Part shown: positions 10,616-21,239 of the stretch, piece after piece
How the letters are laid out: each line of letters begins with the position of its first letter
How positions within the stretch are numbered: position 1 is the first letter of the stretch
Assembly: GCA_021734905.1 (NCBI GenBank)
Contig: JAIPIB010000001.1
Span: forward strand, 71,476-135,475
Length of the DNA stretch: 64,000 nt
From: Minisyncoccota bacterium
GTDB taxonomy: Bacteria; Patescibacteriota; Minisyncoccia; Phycocordibacterales; UBA918
Reading direction: 5' to 3'
Position numbers and translations under genes: made by a program
Notes under the pieces: generated by a model
Databases searched by the model: none
Told to the model about the DNA's origin: nothing
Seen by the model: the letters and a program-made list of their open reading frames with translations, nothing else

Positions 10616-10777
10616 ATGCCAGTTAGTATCTTGCGAGCGATGTACGAAAGAGCAATTAATGGTCTTAGTCAGGGAGAGATCGAAGCGGTTGAAGAAGGTC
10701 GTTTATGCGAAAGTGGCAGAATGGCTGAAGCGCGGAGGTGTTTTCTCTTTCTTTTTGTTGCTCAATTGGGCTTATGA
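10616..10777 (+). CDS. 53-aa orphan (MPVSILRAMYERAINGLSQGEIEAVEEGRLCESG...); SD-led cassette 6, not in ORF track
   Basis: Extended -10 TGtTATACT (10564-10572). GGGAGGT lies 5 nt before the ATG. Perfect hairpin at 10848-10877. Confidence 0.55.
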   Translation: MPVSILRAMYERAINGLSQGEIEAVEEGRLCESGRMAEARRCFLFLFVAQLGL

Positions 10778-10847
10778 TGTTTGTCTGACCCAACGCTAAT
10801 TATACTGTGGTTAGTAGACATCCCATTCTCGTTTTCGAGTTAATTTC

Positions 10848-10877
10848 AAAGCCTCGTAACTACGGTTACGAGGCTTT
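10848..10877. terminator. Intrinsic terminator
   Basis: AAAGCCTCGTAAC-TACG-GTTACGAGGCTTT. Confidence 0.75.
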
Positions 10878-10955
10878 CGTCTTGTTTGCATTAATGCAAA
10901 CAAATTACCTACAATGTAGACAATTTGTTTGGTCCACTTCTGTTATACTTTTCGT

Positions 10956-12938
10956 ATGTCATTTGATCCAAACAGAATTAACTTTTTTGCACAAACTGAT
11001 GCCCGTGGCAAAAATGTCCAGTTTGGTATTAAGGCAAAGGATCGGCAACGTCACGTTTATGTGATCGGGAAAACCGGAATGGGTAAGTCAACGCTTCTCG
11101 AAAATATGGCCGTGCAAGATATCCAGAATGGGGAAGGGATTGCCTTTATTGACCCACACGGCTCTGCAGTTGAAAACCTCCTCAATTATATTCCCGAACA
11201 CCGTGTGAAGGACGTTCTCTATTTTTCACCATCTGATACTGAGTGTCCAGTTTCTTTTAATATTATGGAGGATGTTGGCCCAGACAAGAGACATCTCGTA
11301 GTCTCAGGACTCATGTCTGTATTCAAGAAGATATTTGTTGATCAGTGGTCAGCACGTATGGAATATATTCTTTCAAACACACTTCTCGCACTTCTTGAAT
11401 ATCCGGACTCGACGCTTCTTGGTGTAAATAGAATGCTCTCTGATAAAGATTACCGAAAGCTTGTTGTTGATAATGTGAGAGACCCTGGTGTAAAAGCCTT
11501 TTGGGTAGATGAGTTTGCGAAATATAATGAGCGTTACATGCAGGAGGCGGGGGATGCTATTAAAAATAAAATCGGACAGTTTACTGCGAATCCTATCATT
11601 CGGAATATCATTGGCCAGCCAAGGTCGAGTTTTGACCTTCGAATGATTATGGATGAGAAGAAGATCCTTATTATGAACCTTTCAAAAGGACTCATTGGGG
11701 AAACAAATGCAACACTTTTAGGCTCCATGCTCACAACGCGCATCTATCTTGCTGCCATGAGTCGTGCTGATCTTCCTCCTGAAAAAATGCGTGACATGCC
11801 AAACTTCTACTTTTTTGTGGATGAGTTTCAATCCTTTGCTAATGCTTCCTTTGCAAATATTCTCTCTGAGGCACGTAAATATCACCTCAATCTTACGATT
11901 GCTAACCAATATATTGATCAAATGGAAGAAGAGATTCGAAATGCAGTGTTTGGAAACGTTGGGACGACCATTACATTTCGCGTAGGACCATTTGATGCTG
12001 AAGTACTTGAGACAGTATTTACACCACAATTTTTAGCTCCTGATATTATCAACCTGAGTTTTGCACAAATTTATCTCACGCTCATGATTGATGGTATTGG
12101 ATCACAACCATTCTCTGCGACCACTCTTCCACCAATTGCTCCGCCTCAAACCTCTTGCAAAAATATGGCTCTTGCATCAAGTAGGGCGCAGTTTACGAAG
12201 CCACGTGCTGAAGTTGAGGAATTAATTCATAAATTCCACGAGCCTATTGTCAAGCCAAAAAAAGTTGAGAGAGTAGAGACGATTATTCCACGAGCAGTCT
12301 ATTCATCAGAAAAAAAGAAAGATGTGCCAAGGGAAGCGGTATCAATTCAAAAACCAATAATTCAAACAACTCCTGCAGCACTTACAGAGCAAGGAGCACG
12401 ATCAGTCCCTGAAAAAGCACAAGGTTTTCGAACGGAACAACGGCGAACACAGACTGACAGTGGAGCGCCCGCACGAAGAGAGATGAGCGCTCGGCCAAGG
12501 CAGCAGGTTCAAACATCTGTGCCGAGCAGGGGTCCAGAAAAGCCCAAGTCTCCAATAAAGGCTGATGTTCAGTCTGAGGATCTTAGGACTGTCCTCAAGC
12601 GACTTGCAGCGACTGAGAAGTCAAATAATCCTGGGGATTATAATCACGAAAAAGGTTTTGGGAAAGAGAAGCGAGATCAGCCAGAAAAACCAGAACTTAA
12701 GCGTGCACTGGAGTCACTTGTAAAAAAAGAAGATGGTACAGTACAGAACAATTCTAAGTCAGAAACAGGAAATGAGACTCAGACAAATCAAGAAACAGAG
12801 GCGTTTGTGAACAGAAATACAAATGAGTTAGCAAAAAGTAATTCTACACCTGAGGAGGGTGTTGAGAAAAAACACATTACACCGAAAGAGCTTGAACGAA
12901 TGATGCGTATCACCACAAGTGATAAACCTCCGATATAG
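10956..12938 (+). CDS. VirD4/TraG/TrwB-like coupling ATPase with a long low-complexity C-terminal tail
   Basis: Walker A GKTGMGKS, IDPHG, Walker B FFVDEFQ, SEARKY, ANQY. ATG 6 nt after TATACT. Confidence 0.85.
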   Translation: MSFDPNRINFFAQTDARGKNVQFGIKAKDRQRHVYVIGKTGMGKSTLLENMAVQDIQNGEGIAFIDPHGSAVENLLNYIPEHRVKDVLYFSPSDTECPVSFNIMEDVGPDKRHLVVSGLMSVFKKIFVDQWSARMEYILSNTLLALLEYPDSTLLGVNRMLSDKDYRKLVVDNVRDPGVKAFWVDEFAKYNERYMQEAGDAIKNKIGQFTANPIIRNIIGQPRSSFDLRMIMDEKKILIMNLSKGLIGETNATLLGSMLTTRIYLAAMSRADLPPEKMRDMPNFYFFVDEFQSFANASFANILSEARKYHLNLTIANQYIDQMEEEIRNAVFGNVGTTITFRVGPFDAEVLETVFTPQFLAPDIINLSFAQIYLTLMIDGIGSQPFSATTLPPIAPPQTSCKNMALASSRAQFTKPRAEVEELIHKFHEPIVKPKKVERVETIIPRAVYSSEKKKDVPREAVSIQKPIIQTTPAALTEQGARSVPEKAQGFRTEQRRTQTDSGAPARREMSARPRQQVQTSVPSRGPEKPKSPIKADVQSEDLRTVLKRLAATEKSNNPGDYNHEKGFGKEKRDQPEKPELKRALESLVKKEDGTVQNNSKSETGNETQTNQETEAFVNRNTNELAKSNSTPEEGVEKKHITPKELERMMRITTSDKPPI

Positions 12939-12941
12939 GAT

Positions 12942-14358
12942 ATGTCCAGATCGTTCTATCTTGTTCTTGTTGTACTCTTTTGGATACCATGGACATCTCA
13001 TGCAGCTGATCGTGATCAATGAGGTGGCATGGATGGGAACTGGTGCGAGTGCGAATGATGAATGGATTGAATTATATAATAGCGGATCTTCAGCCATTGA
13101 TCTCGAAGGATGGGTGCTAACCGACAATGTATCACTAAATATTGCGCTTACCGGTATCCTTAGTACTGACGAATATGCAGTTCTCGAACGAACTGATGAT
13201 ACAACTGTTGAAGGTGTTGCATTCTTAATCTATTCAGGAGCGCTTTCAAATGATGGGAGAACACTGACTTTGCAGCGTTCAGATAATTCTATTGAGGACC
13301 AAGTCGCTGGAGGAGAAAATTGGGAAAACATCGGTGGCAATAATGAGACGAAAGAAACACCCCAAAGAACATCGTCTGGCTGGATAACAGGAGCTCCAAC
13401 CCCAGGAAAGAGTAATATTTTTGGAACAACTGAAAGTGAAGATATGTCGGAGAATTTTTTGTCGTCTGGATCAAATACGAGTGGGGGAGGTTCGTCTTCA
13501 AAAAATGCAGCAGTATCGAGTGTTCAAAAAGTTAAAGCACTAACCCCTGAACCCTTTCTTGTTCTAAAAATTAAAGGACCAAGTCTTGCATATGTTAATC
13601 AAGAAATTTCACTGGAGGCGATACCAAGCGGTATAGGAAAGACACTCATGAATTCACTTGTTTATATATGGAATTTTGGAGATACCTATACAGCGTCATC
13701 AAAGAAAATTTCGCATATTTTTGAATACCCAGGAGAGTATATTGTTGTTACAGAGGCAGTGTATGCAAAGCAGAAGGCTTTAGTGCGACACGAAATTACG
13801 GTACTTCCTGTTTCATTTTCGCTCTTAAAATCAGAGGCTGGTGATGTACTTTTACATAACAATTCAAAATATGAAGTTAATATCAGTGGCTTCATATTAA
13901 AGAGCGATTCTCAGCTTACACTTCCAATGCATACAGTACTGAAGGCGAACGGGACACTTACTATTTCATCGAAACGGTTGCAGTTGCGACCAGGTGGAAT
14001 AATATCTCTCTATGATGCAACAGGGACATTCGTCACATCAAATACAATAAAAGAGCAAAATGGACCTACGACAGAAAAGTCTTTTTCAAATCCTTCACCA
14101 CAAAACGTGCTATATGACACTGAAGAAGTTGTCACTGAACCAGCTTCTGCTAAAAATAGTTCAATTGAAGATCAAGGTGTGGCTATTGAAAAGGATGTTC
14201 TTTTGGAGACAATGATCCCTATTGGGGCAAGAACAGTTGATGGAGTAGAAAATGAAACTGGATTTTTAGGAAACAAAAATATGTTTTATTGGATAGTGTC
14301 AGGGATTATAATTTTGGGTATTTTCAGTCTTTATACGTGGCGGTCGATAAAGGTATAG
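12942..14358 (+). CDS. Lamin-tail + PKD domain surface protein with C-terminal TM; apparent frameshift near 13008
   Basis: VINEVAWMG...DEWIELYN...GW (LTD), WNFGD...PGEY (PKD). The signal-peptide ORF 12942-13022 is in another frame. Confidence 0.75.
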
Positions 14359-14403
14359 TTCCGGCTTTGGAACAAATTATCGTGTAAGGTAGTTTTATAA
14401 AAA

Positions 14404-15435
14404 ATGAATACAAAAAAGAAAAAATTGGTTGTTATCGGAGGAGGAACGGGAACATATACGATATTGAGCGGGCTTAAGCACTATAAGGATATTTTTGATC
14501 TTACTGCTATCGTTGCCATGACGGATTCAGGTGGATCAACAGGACGGTTACGAGATGAATTCGGCTATCTTCCTGTTGGTGATGTGAGGCTCGCACTCAC
14601 TGCATTGGCAAATGAAGAGGATGAACAGCAAGAGCTGATACGAAAATTATTTCTCCATAGATTTGACACAGAAGGGGATGTGTCTGGACATAATTTTGGT
14701 AATCTGTTTCTCGTTGCATTGACCGATATTCTTGGTTCAGAAGAGTTGGCAATTGAGGCTGCTGCACGAGTATTAAATATCTGCGGAAAAGTAATTCCAG
14801 TAACTCACGAAAAAGTGCATCTTGTTGCAGAATATGAGGATGGCAGGGTGGTGGTTGGCGAACATGATATTGACGAACCAAGAGAACATATAAATTCACC
14901 TATCATAAAACTTTCTCTGACGAGTCCAGCTCAGATAACTAAAAGCGCAGCACAAGCAATACGATCTGCTGACGTTGTTGTTTTTGGGCCAGGTGACTTG
15001 TATACGAGCATTCTTGCAAATTGTGTTGTTCGTGGCATGCAGGAAGCTCTAAGAGACACACAAAGCGAACTAATTTACATCCCAAACCTTATGACAAAAA
15101 AAGGTCAGACAACTGGGAAGGGAGTAAAAGAGCATATTAATGAAATATCCCGATATTCTGGAAGAACTCCTGACTATGTCCTTATTAACGATGTGTCGTT
15201 CTCTCATGAACTGCAAAATCGGTATGCAAAATATGGGGAATATCCTGTCAAACAAAATTATGATGGTGAAAATCCAAAAATAATCACAGGTGATTTCCTG
15301 GCATCTGAAGAAATAATCCCAAAGAAAGGAGATGTCCTCAGGAGGAGCTTTATTCGGCATGACCCACACAAACTTGCAGCTGTTTTGGTATCAGTTTTTG
15401 GCGATAAGAAAACATCGTCTTTTACTTCTTTTTAA
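14404..15435 (+). CDS. yvcK: YvcK/GlmR family (CofD-like) protein
   Basis: IGGGTG, DSGGSTGRLR, GHNFGNL, GPGDLYTS, RHD. Confidence 0.9.
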   Translation: MNTKKKKLVVIGGGTGTYTILSGLKHYKDIFDLTAIVAMTDSGGSTGRLRDEFGYLPVGDVRLALTALANEEDEQQELIRKLFLHRFDTEGDVSGHNFGNLFLVALTDILGSEELAIEAAARVLNICGKVIPVTHEKVHLVAEYEDGRVVVGEHDIDEPREHINSPIIKLSLTSPAQITKSAAQAIRSADVVVFGPGDLYTSILANCVVRGMQEALRDTQSELIYIPNLMTKKGQTTGKGVKEHINEISRYSGRTPDYVLINDVSFSHELQNRYAKYGEYPVKQNYDGENPKIITGDFLASEEIIPKKGDVLRRSFIRHDPHKLAAVLVSVFGDKKTSSFTSF

Positions 15436-15461
15436 GGTAGTATTTTGAAATAATCCTTGGT

Positions 15462-16343
15462 ATGTCTATGGATCAAAAAATTGCTGTTGTGACGGGGGGA
15501 GCTGGGTTTATTGGTTCGCATCTTTGTGAGCGTCTTGTTTGTGAGGGGTATCGTGTTATTTCTCTTGATAACTATTTTGCAGGTTCATCTGTAAATCATG
15601 TTGCAGGTGTTGAATATCGCACGGGACATACAAAAGATATTGCATCATTTATTCCAGAAACTCCGGATATTATCTACCATCTCGGGGAATACTCTAGGGT
15701 TGCAAAAAGTCTTGAGGAACCAGAATTAGTCTTTGATTTAAATGTTGTAGGAACCTTCGCCGTTCTGGAATTTTGGCGAGAGAAGAAATGTAAACTTGTC
15801 TATGCAGGGTCGTCAACAAAAAATGTAGGAGCGCGAGAAGATGGAGTTGTTGGCCGTGACCTTGCGCCATATACGTGGATGAAGGCTATGAACACCGAGC
15901 TAGTCGTAAACTACGGCAGATGGTATGAACTTCCGTATGCAATTGTGTATTTTTATAATGTGTATGGACCTCGCGAACGTACGATTCATGAGTATGGAAC
16001 AGTCATCGAAACATGGCGACAAGCAACGGAAAAAGGAGAGCCTCTGTACGTACGAAATCCAGGTACACAAGCGCGTGCATTTACACATGTACTTGATACT
16101 GTGGAGGGGATTGTTCTTGTCGGTGAAAAGGGGGAGGGAGATAATTTTGGTATCGGTACAGATGAGATTTTTACACTTCTACAAGTTACAGAAATGTTTG
16201 GTGGAGAGATAGAGATGCTTCCAGTAACAGCATCAACACGACAAAGTGCTGAAGTAGACTCATCTAAGGTCCGCTCACTTGGATGGTTGCCAAAATATCA
16301 TTTACCTGATTACATACACAATTCAAAAGTGTCTATGCAATAA
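15462..16343 (+). CDS. NAD-dependent epimerase/dehydratase
   Basis: TGGAGFIG, YTWMK, YNVYGP. Confidence 0.9.
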   Translation: MSMDQKIAVVTGGAGFIGSHLCERLVCEGYRVISLDNYFAGSSVNHVAGVEYRTGHTKDIASFIPETPDIIYHLGEYSRVAKSLEEPELVFDLNVVGTFAVLEFWREKKCKLVYAGSSTKNVGAREDGVVGRDLAPYTWMKAMNTELVVNYGRWYELPYAIVYFYNVYGPRERTIHEYGTVIETWRQATEKGEPLYVRNPGTQARAFTHVLDTVEGIVLVGEKGEGDNFGIGTDEIFTLLQVTEMFGGEIEMLPVTASTRQSAEVDSSKVRSLGWLPKYHLPDYIHNSKVSMQ

Positions 16344-16432
16344 GCAGAATCCATGCTCTAATAACATATAGAAAGGAAGTTTGTCTTTAAACTATATTAG
16401 TAGGTACACGCTCGTTACAATAGGAGGTGGCC

Positions 16433-16912
16433 ATGAGTAACTTTTTTCCAAAAGATACACCTTCGACCAAGAGGGAATTTTTGATTGAAGAGGTCAAATG
16501 TTCGGACGGAGTGTGTAAAACAAGGGTGACAAAAAATGGAACTTGTCTGAGTATGCAACCGTGGACGTTTGAAGAAAGTGTGCCATGGCAAGGAGGCTTC
16601 GCTACGGAATATTCAATTTGTTATGGTTGGGTACTTATAGTGAGTTTCGACAAAAAACGGCATCAGTTTTCCCACGAGGTCCTGGTTGCAAGTGTTCTTT
16701 GCAAGAGTAGGACACAAATAGATCCTAGCGTACCGCATGTTCTACTCTTGGGTCCGCGAGCGCGTATATCAATGTCTGGTGGTACTGAAATACCGAATAA
16801 CGCAGTATATTCAGAAGTTGTTGAATATGTTCATTCTCACGACAGTAATTATTGGAGGGAAAGAGTATGTGGTTTAACAACAGTAATTGATATCGCCATG
16901 AAGGATATTTAA
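16433..16912 (+). CDS. 159-aa orphan; SD-led cassette 7
   Basis: TAGGAGGTG precedes the ATG at 16433. Terminator at 16911-16947. Confidence 0.6.
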   Translation: MSNFFPKDTPSTKREFLIEEVKCSDGVCKTRVTKNGTCLSMQPWTFEESVPWQGGFATEYSICYGWVLIVSFDKKRHQFSHEVLVASVLCKSRTQIDPSVPHVLLLGPRARISMSGGTEIPNNAVYSEVVEYVHSHDSNYWRERVCGLTTVIDIAMKDI

Positions 16913-16967
16913 CCCCACCAAGTACAAAATATTTGGTGGGAGTTTTTATGATACAATCAAAAATTAT

Positions 16968-18173
16968 ATGAAAAAAATACTTATTTTCTCTCTTGATTAT
17001 TTACCAGGGACGATTAGTGGGGCCGAGGCAGCAATTCAAGAAATTACCGGACGTATTGACCCACGTGAGATTGAATTTCATATGGTGACCCTCTATTACG
17101 ACAGTACAGTACCGCGCGTAGGGAAAATTGGGAATGTGCTCATTCACCGTGTTGGTATTTTTGGAAAACGAAATGCATCATTAGAAGAACGACGAAAATT
17201 TCCACTCCACTACAATAAGCACTATTTCCAAATTATTGCGGGGGTTAAGGCGTTTTTTCTCCATAGGAAATATCACTATGATGGAGCATGGGCAATGATG
17301 GCGCACGGCACTGCTGTACCTGTTTCGATCTTCAATATACTTACTAGGGTACCCTATGCGCTTACGCTTCAAGAAGGAGATCCTCCTGAATATATTGAGC
17401 GAACCATGAAACCACTTTGGCCATTCTTTAAGCGTGGGTTTATGAACGCGACTGTTGTACAGGCAATCTCAGAATTTCTTGCTTCCTGGGCAAGAAAAAT
17501 GGGACATGCAAAGCCTATTGAAATTATTCGGAATGGTGCAAATCCTGAATCAATTGAACCTACATTCAAACAGGATAGTGTTGAAAAACTTAAGCATGAA
17601 CTTGGAAAAAGAGACGGAGAAATTTATCTTGTGAATACAGCGCGACTCGTAGATCAAAAGGGATTTGATACAACAATACGTGCGCTCTTGCTGCTTCCAG
17701 AACATATAAAATTACTCGTTGTTGGCGGCGGTCCTGCTGAAGGGAGCTTAAAAAAACTTACACACGAACTCGATCTTGGTGGCAGGGTTGTTTTTACAGG
17801 GCAAGTTGAACGAAGTGTTGTGACTCAGTACCGCATGGTATCAGATATCTTTGTGGGACCGTCGCGCTCAGAAGGTTTAGGGAATGCATTTCTTTCTGCC
17901 ATGGCGTGTAGACTCCCTGTAATCGCAACGCAGGTAGGTGGAATTGCAGACTTTCTGTTTGATGCAAAACGAAATCCAGATAAAGAGACCACTGGGTGGG
18001 CAGTCGATCCGGATGAACCTGAACAAATTGCGCGAGCTGTTGAAGACATTATTTCTCACCCAGAGATAGTATCGCACGTTACAGAGACTGCCCGAAAAAT
18101 GGTTGAGCAAGAATATAATTGGGACATCGTCTCAAAAAAGATGAGGGAACGTATCTTCGATAAACTAGTGTAG
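16968..18173 (+). CDS. Glycosyltransferase family 4
   Basis: ARLVDQKG, PSRSEGLGNAFLSAMA, VGGI. Confidence 0.9.
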   Translation: MKKILIFSLDYLPGTISGAEAAIQEITGRIDPREIEFHMVTLYYDSTVPRVGKIGNVLIHRVGIFGKRNASLEERRKFPLHYNKHYFQIIAGVKAFFLHRKYHYDGAWAMMAHGTAVPVSIFNILTRVPYALTLQEGDPPEYIERTMKPLWPFFKRGFMNATVVQAISEFLASWARKMGHAKPIEIIRNGANPESIEPTFKQDSVEKLKHELGKRDGEIYLVNTARLVDQKGFDTTIRALLLLPEHIKLLVVGGGPAEGSLKKLTHELDLGGRVVFTGQVERSVVTQYRMVSDIFVGPSRSEGLGNAFLSAMACRLPVIATQVGGIADFLFDAKRNPDKETTGWAVDPDEPEQIARAVEDIISHPEIVSHVTETARKMVEQEYNWDIVSKKMRERIFDKLV

Positions 18174-19271
18174 ACCTTTTTGTCTGGAGATTTCCTCGTT
18201 ACTTCTTAACGAATCACGTTTTTTAGTATAGGCACTGATGATCGACTGTGGGACATCTTTTTCTTCAAGAACGCATGAAAGAACCGTCCCCCAGAATTGA
18301 ATACGTGTAGTGTTTAATTCAAAGAGAGGACCGTTACTCTTTTTCAGACTCCGAGTGTAATACCAGATAATTTCCCCGAGGCGATATATACGCATTAAGC
18401 GAAGTGATTTGAACTCCTCAGGTGCTCGGTTGTCACGAACGTATGTCTCAAGTGCACGCTGAAGTGGGGGGTTGTAAAGCGTCATGAAGTTGATAAAACG
18501 TGCCCATCCTTCATATTTGTTACCGAAGGTGAGTGATGAATGATCAAGGAGGTATATGGTGTCGTCATTGATTCGAATATTGTGGGGAACAAAATCAGTA
18601 TGGGTCAAAAAATTACAATATTGGTCAATAGTTACGATATTTTCTTTAAGGATTGTTTGGCTCTGTGTTAATGCAACACAGATGTCGTTACTGTCTCCTA
18701 GGCTGCTTGATATATTTTTATTAAAGTTAGTAAATGTCTGTATATATGAGTCCGCTGTGCGGATCCCGTAGATACGGGTAACTGATTTTTGATGTCTTGA
18801 TGTTGTTGCATGAGCACTTTCTTGTCCTTTAAATGCTCGTAGTGCAAGAGAGAACTGCTCTTCAATAGATCGATCAAGGAAACTGCATGGTTGATCAATG
18901 AATCGTTGAATTGTGATAGTAAAACCACGTTCATTGATGAATGCAACTTCTTGTGGGGAGTGGAACACTTCTCCCGCAAAATCAATTCTCTGGAGGAAAT
19001 CTCGACACAGACGTTCGTGTTTAATTTCATGTTTTCCTCCTGATTCACGCGTTGCTTTAATTATAACTTTTGACATATCAGGCGCTACTCCTGTAAGGAT
19101 AAGTTTCCTTCCACTTGATGTCGTCACGGCTTGCATGAGGTAGCGCTCACCTTGTAGATGTTTTTGCTCTGCATCAAGGATGTATCCATGTGCAGCAAGA
19201 AGAGGGTTGAGGACTTCAAGTTCTTGAGCGCAGTAGTTTTCCCATTCAGTTTTGTGATTCGTGCTGTTCAT
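18165..19271 (-). CDS. APH/choline-kinase-like phosphotransferase
   Basis: VIIK...E, THTDFVPHNI, YLLD kinase-like motifs. Confidence 0.65.
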   Translation of the reverse strand: MNSTNHKTEWENYCAQELEVLNPLLAAHGYILDAEQKHLQGERYLMQAVTTSSGRKLILTGVAPDMSKVIIKATRESGGKHEIKHERLCRDFLQRIDFAGEVFHSPQEVAFINERGFTITIQRFIDQPCSFLDRSIEEQFSLALRAFKGQESAHATTSRHQKSVTRIYGIRTADSYIQTFTNFNKNISSSLGDSNDICVALTQSQTILKENIVTIDQYCNFLTHTDFVPHNIRINDDTIYLLDHSSLTFGNKYEGWARFINFMTLYNPPLQRALETYVRDNRAPEEFKSLRLMRIYRLGEIIWYYTRSLKKSNGPLFELNTTRIQFWGTVLSCVLEEKDVPQSIISAYTKKRDSLRSNEEISRQKGLH

Positions 19272-19846
19272 AATTTAAAAATTGAAATCAGTTTTGAAAT
19301 GTGATCTTCCCATGATTTCTCAAAATGCAAAAAGGCAGCGGTGGGGAAATCACTAAAGGGAAGAATTTCTGGACGTGGGAGTGGACGCTCAACACAATAC
19401 TGCTGTGATCCAACATTGAATTTTGAATGCGTAATGATTGCACTCATGCGCCGTATTGTGTTGTTGAGGATGCTCCGAAGGAGGGGGAGTTTCAATGAAT
19501 TCTGCAATGATGTTTCGTCACCAAGTCGCATAAAAATTGGTTTTGATGAAAAAAAAGATAGAACAAAAATAGGCACCTCAACTGAAGGACCATTCTGTGA
19601 GTAGATACAGTCAAATTTTTTAGACATCTGTAGAAGTGTCAAAGTGAAACGCACAACTCTAATAGGTAATGATGAAGATTTTTCTAGGGCAGTAATTTCG
19701 ACATTGGAGATTGTTTCAGGAATGTGTCCATAGGTAAGTATTTCTACAGTATTTTGTGAAGAGAGACGAGTCGCAAGCTCTTTAACATAGGCTGCAGGCC
19801 CTGCAATATCAGGTGGGTAGAGGGGTGAAATGAGTAGGATACGCAT
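19268..19846 (-). CDS. GT4 N-terminal-domain-only protein
   Basis: MRILLISPLYPPDIAGPAAY resembles the N-terminus of 24042. There is no C-terminal donor-binding domain. Confidence 0.65.
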   Translation of the reverse strand: MRILLISPLYPPDIAGPAAYVKELATRLSSQNTVEILTYGHIPETISNVEITALEKSSSLPIRVVRFTLTLLQMSKKFDCIYSQNGPSVEVPIFVLSFFSSKPIFMRLGDETSLQNSLKLPLLRSILNNTIRRMSAIITHSKFNVGSQQYCVERPLPRPEILPFSDFPTAAFLHFEKSWEDHISKLISIFKL

Positions 19847-19955
19847 GATGGTACTATAACAATCTTTTGGAAAATAGGTACTCCTTAGAACTGAATGAGT
19901 GTAAGAATGGTTTTTGAATTAGACAGGAACTGGGGCACGTATTAGTATTGGATTA

Positions 19956-21164
19956 ATGAACTTTGCACTGGTACTCGATGGGCAACTCAAAAGTGCACTT
20001 TCAGCGGTACGCTCATTGGGGCGAGCGGGTGTGTCTACGTGTGTAGGAGCAGAACGAGAAACAGGAATGGCTCTTCACTCACGATATACAAAAGAACGAT
20101 TTGTATATCCTTCACCCTATACTCATCAAAAAGAATTTATCGCATCAATAAAAGACGAGGCAGCGCGGTTGGGCGGGAAGCCTCTCGTGTATGCATTTAG
20201 TGATGCGACATATCTTTCCCTGCATATGCATCGGGAAGTTCTCTCGGAATATGTAACTTGCGTTTTCCCAGACCTGAAGTCAGTTGAAATTGCTTTTGAT
20301 AAGGCCGCTACGTATTCACTTGCTCATGTATCAGCAATCCCGACTATCGCAACGTATATGCCAGAGGCCGTAGAGGAAGTACGACGACTCGCCGAAACAC
20401 TTGTGTATCCAGCAGTAATAAAGGCCCGCCGAAGCGTCACGTGGAAAGATGGGGTTGGGATATTTGGTAGCACGACATTTGTTCACAGTAAGGAAGAGTG
20501 TGAAAAAGTATTTCAATTCCATAAGGAAAGTTTTGGAGAAGCACCACTCGTGCAAGATTTTATCCTTGGTGAAGAATATGGAGTTGAGATGCTTGTTCAG
20601 AAAGGGTTGGTGTATGCGAGTGTGGCTCACCACCGAATTCGGTCGCTTTCTCCAACAGGAGGTGCTTCGGTGGTGAAGGAGATCCTTGGTGAGTGCGAGC
20701 TTAAAACTGTGCTTGAGGAATACTCGTCAGTCCTTGTCTCGAGGCTCGTGTGGACAGGACCAATTATGGTTGAATTTAAAGTTGATAGTGATACAAGAGA
20801 ACCGAAGCTTATGGAAATAAACGGGCGTTTTTGGGGATCGTTACCCCTTGCCGTCGCTTCTGGAGTTGATATGCCGTACTTATACTACGAGCGAGAATAT
20901 GAAAAGAAAGAGATATTGAAGACAGTATCGCTGAGAGAAGACGTTGTAACAAGGCACTTTTTGGGGGACGTGAGACATCTTTTGCGTGTATTTTTTTCAC
21001 GAGACAAGATGCGCCCATACCTGTATCCCAAAAGACTAACTGCACTACGAAATTTTTTTACTGTACCAAATTGCACAGTGAGTGATGTGTGGTCGTGGAA
21101 TGATCTGAAGCCAGTGCTCATGGAATTTATTGATATATTTAATAAACATATTTTAGGAAAATAA
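19956..21164 (+). CDS. ATP-grasp domain protein (glycan amide/amino-acid ligase-like)
   Basis: DK, YPAVIK, LVQDFI.GEE, MVEFK, LMEINGRFWGS. Confidence 0.85.
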   Translation: MNFALVLDGQLKSALSAVRSLGRAGVSTCVGAERETGMALHSRYTKERFVYPSPYTHQKEFIASIKDEAARLGGKPLVYAFSDATYLSLHMHREVLSEYVTCVFPDLKSVEIAFDKAATYSLAHVSAIPTIATYMPEAVEEVRRLAETLVYPAVIKARRSVTWKDGVGIFGSTTFVHSKEECEKVFQFHKESFGEAPLVQDFILGEEYGVEMLVQKGLVYASVAHHRIRSLSPTGGASVVKEILGECELKTVLEEYSSVLVSRLVWTGPIMVEFKVDSDTREPKLMEINGRFWGSLPLAVASGVDMPYLYYEREYEKKEILKTVSLREDVVTRHFLGDVRHLLRVFFSRDKMRPYLYPKRLTALRNFFTVPNCTVSDVWSWNDLKPVLMEFIDIFNKHILGK

Positions 21165-21187
21165 ACGACTCTCATACCACTTTGCAC

Positions 21188-21227
21188 ATTACTTTTATTA
21201 TGTACGGTCGTATATAATAAAAGTAAT
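21188..21227. repeat. 40-bp imperfect palindromic site, left copy
   Basis: ATTACTTTTATTATGTACGGTCGTATATAATAAAAGTAAT. Confidence 0.85.
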
Positions 21228-21239
21228 ACTAAGATACTT

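Noticed and set aside
10956-12938. Conjugative element
   Set aside because: No relaxase, VirB4 cluster or integrase is present. Stand-alone coupling ATPases are common chromosomal genes in this group.
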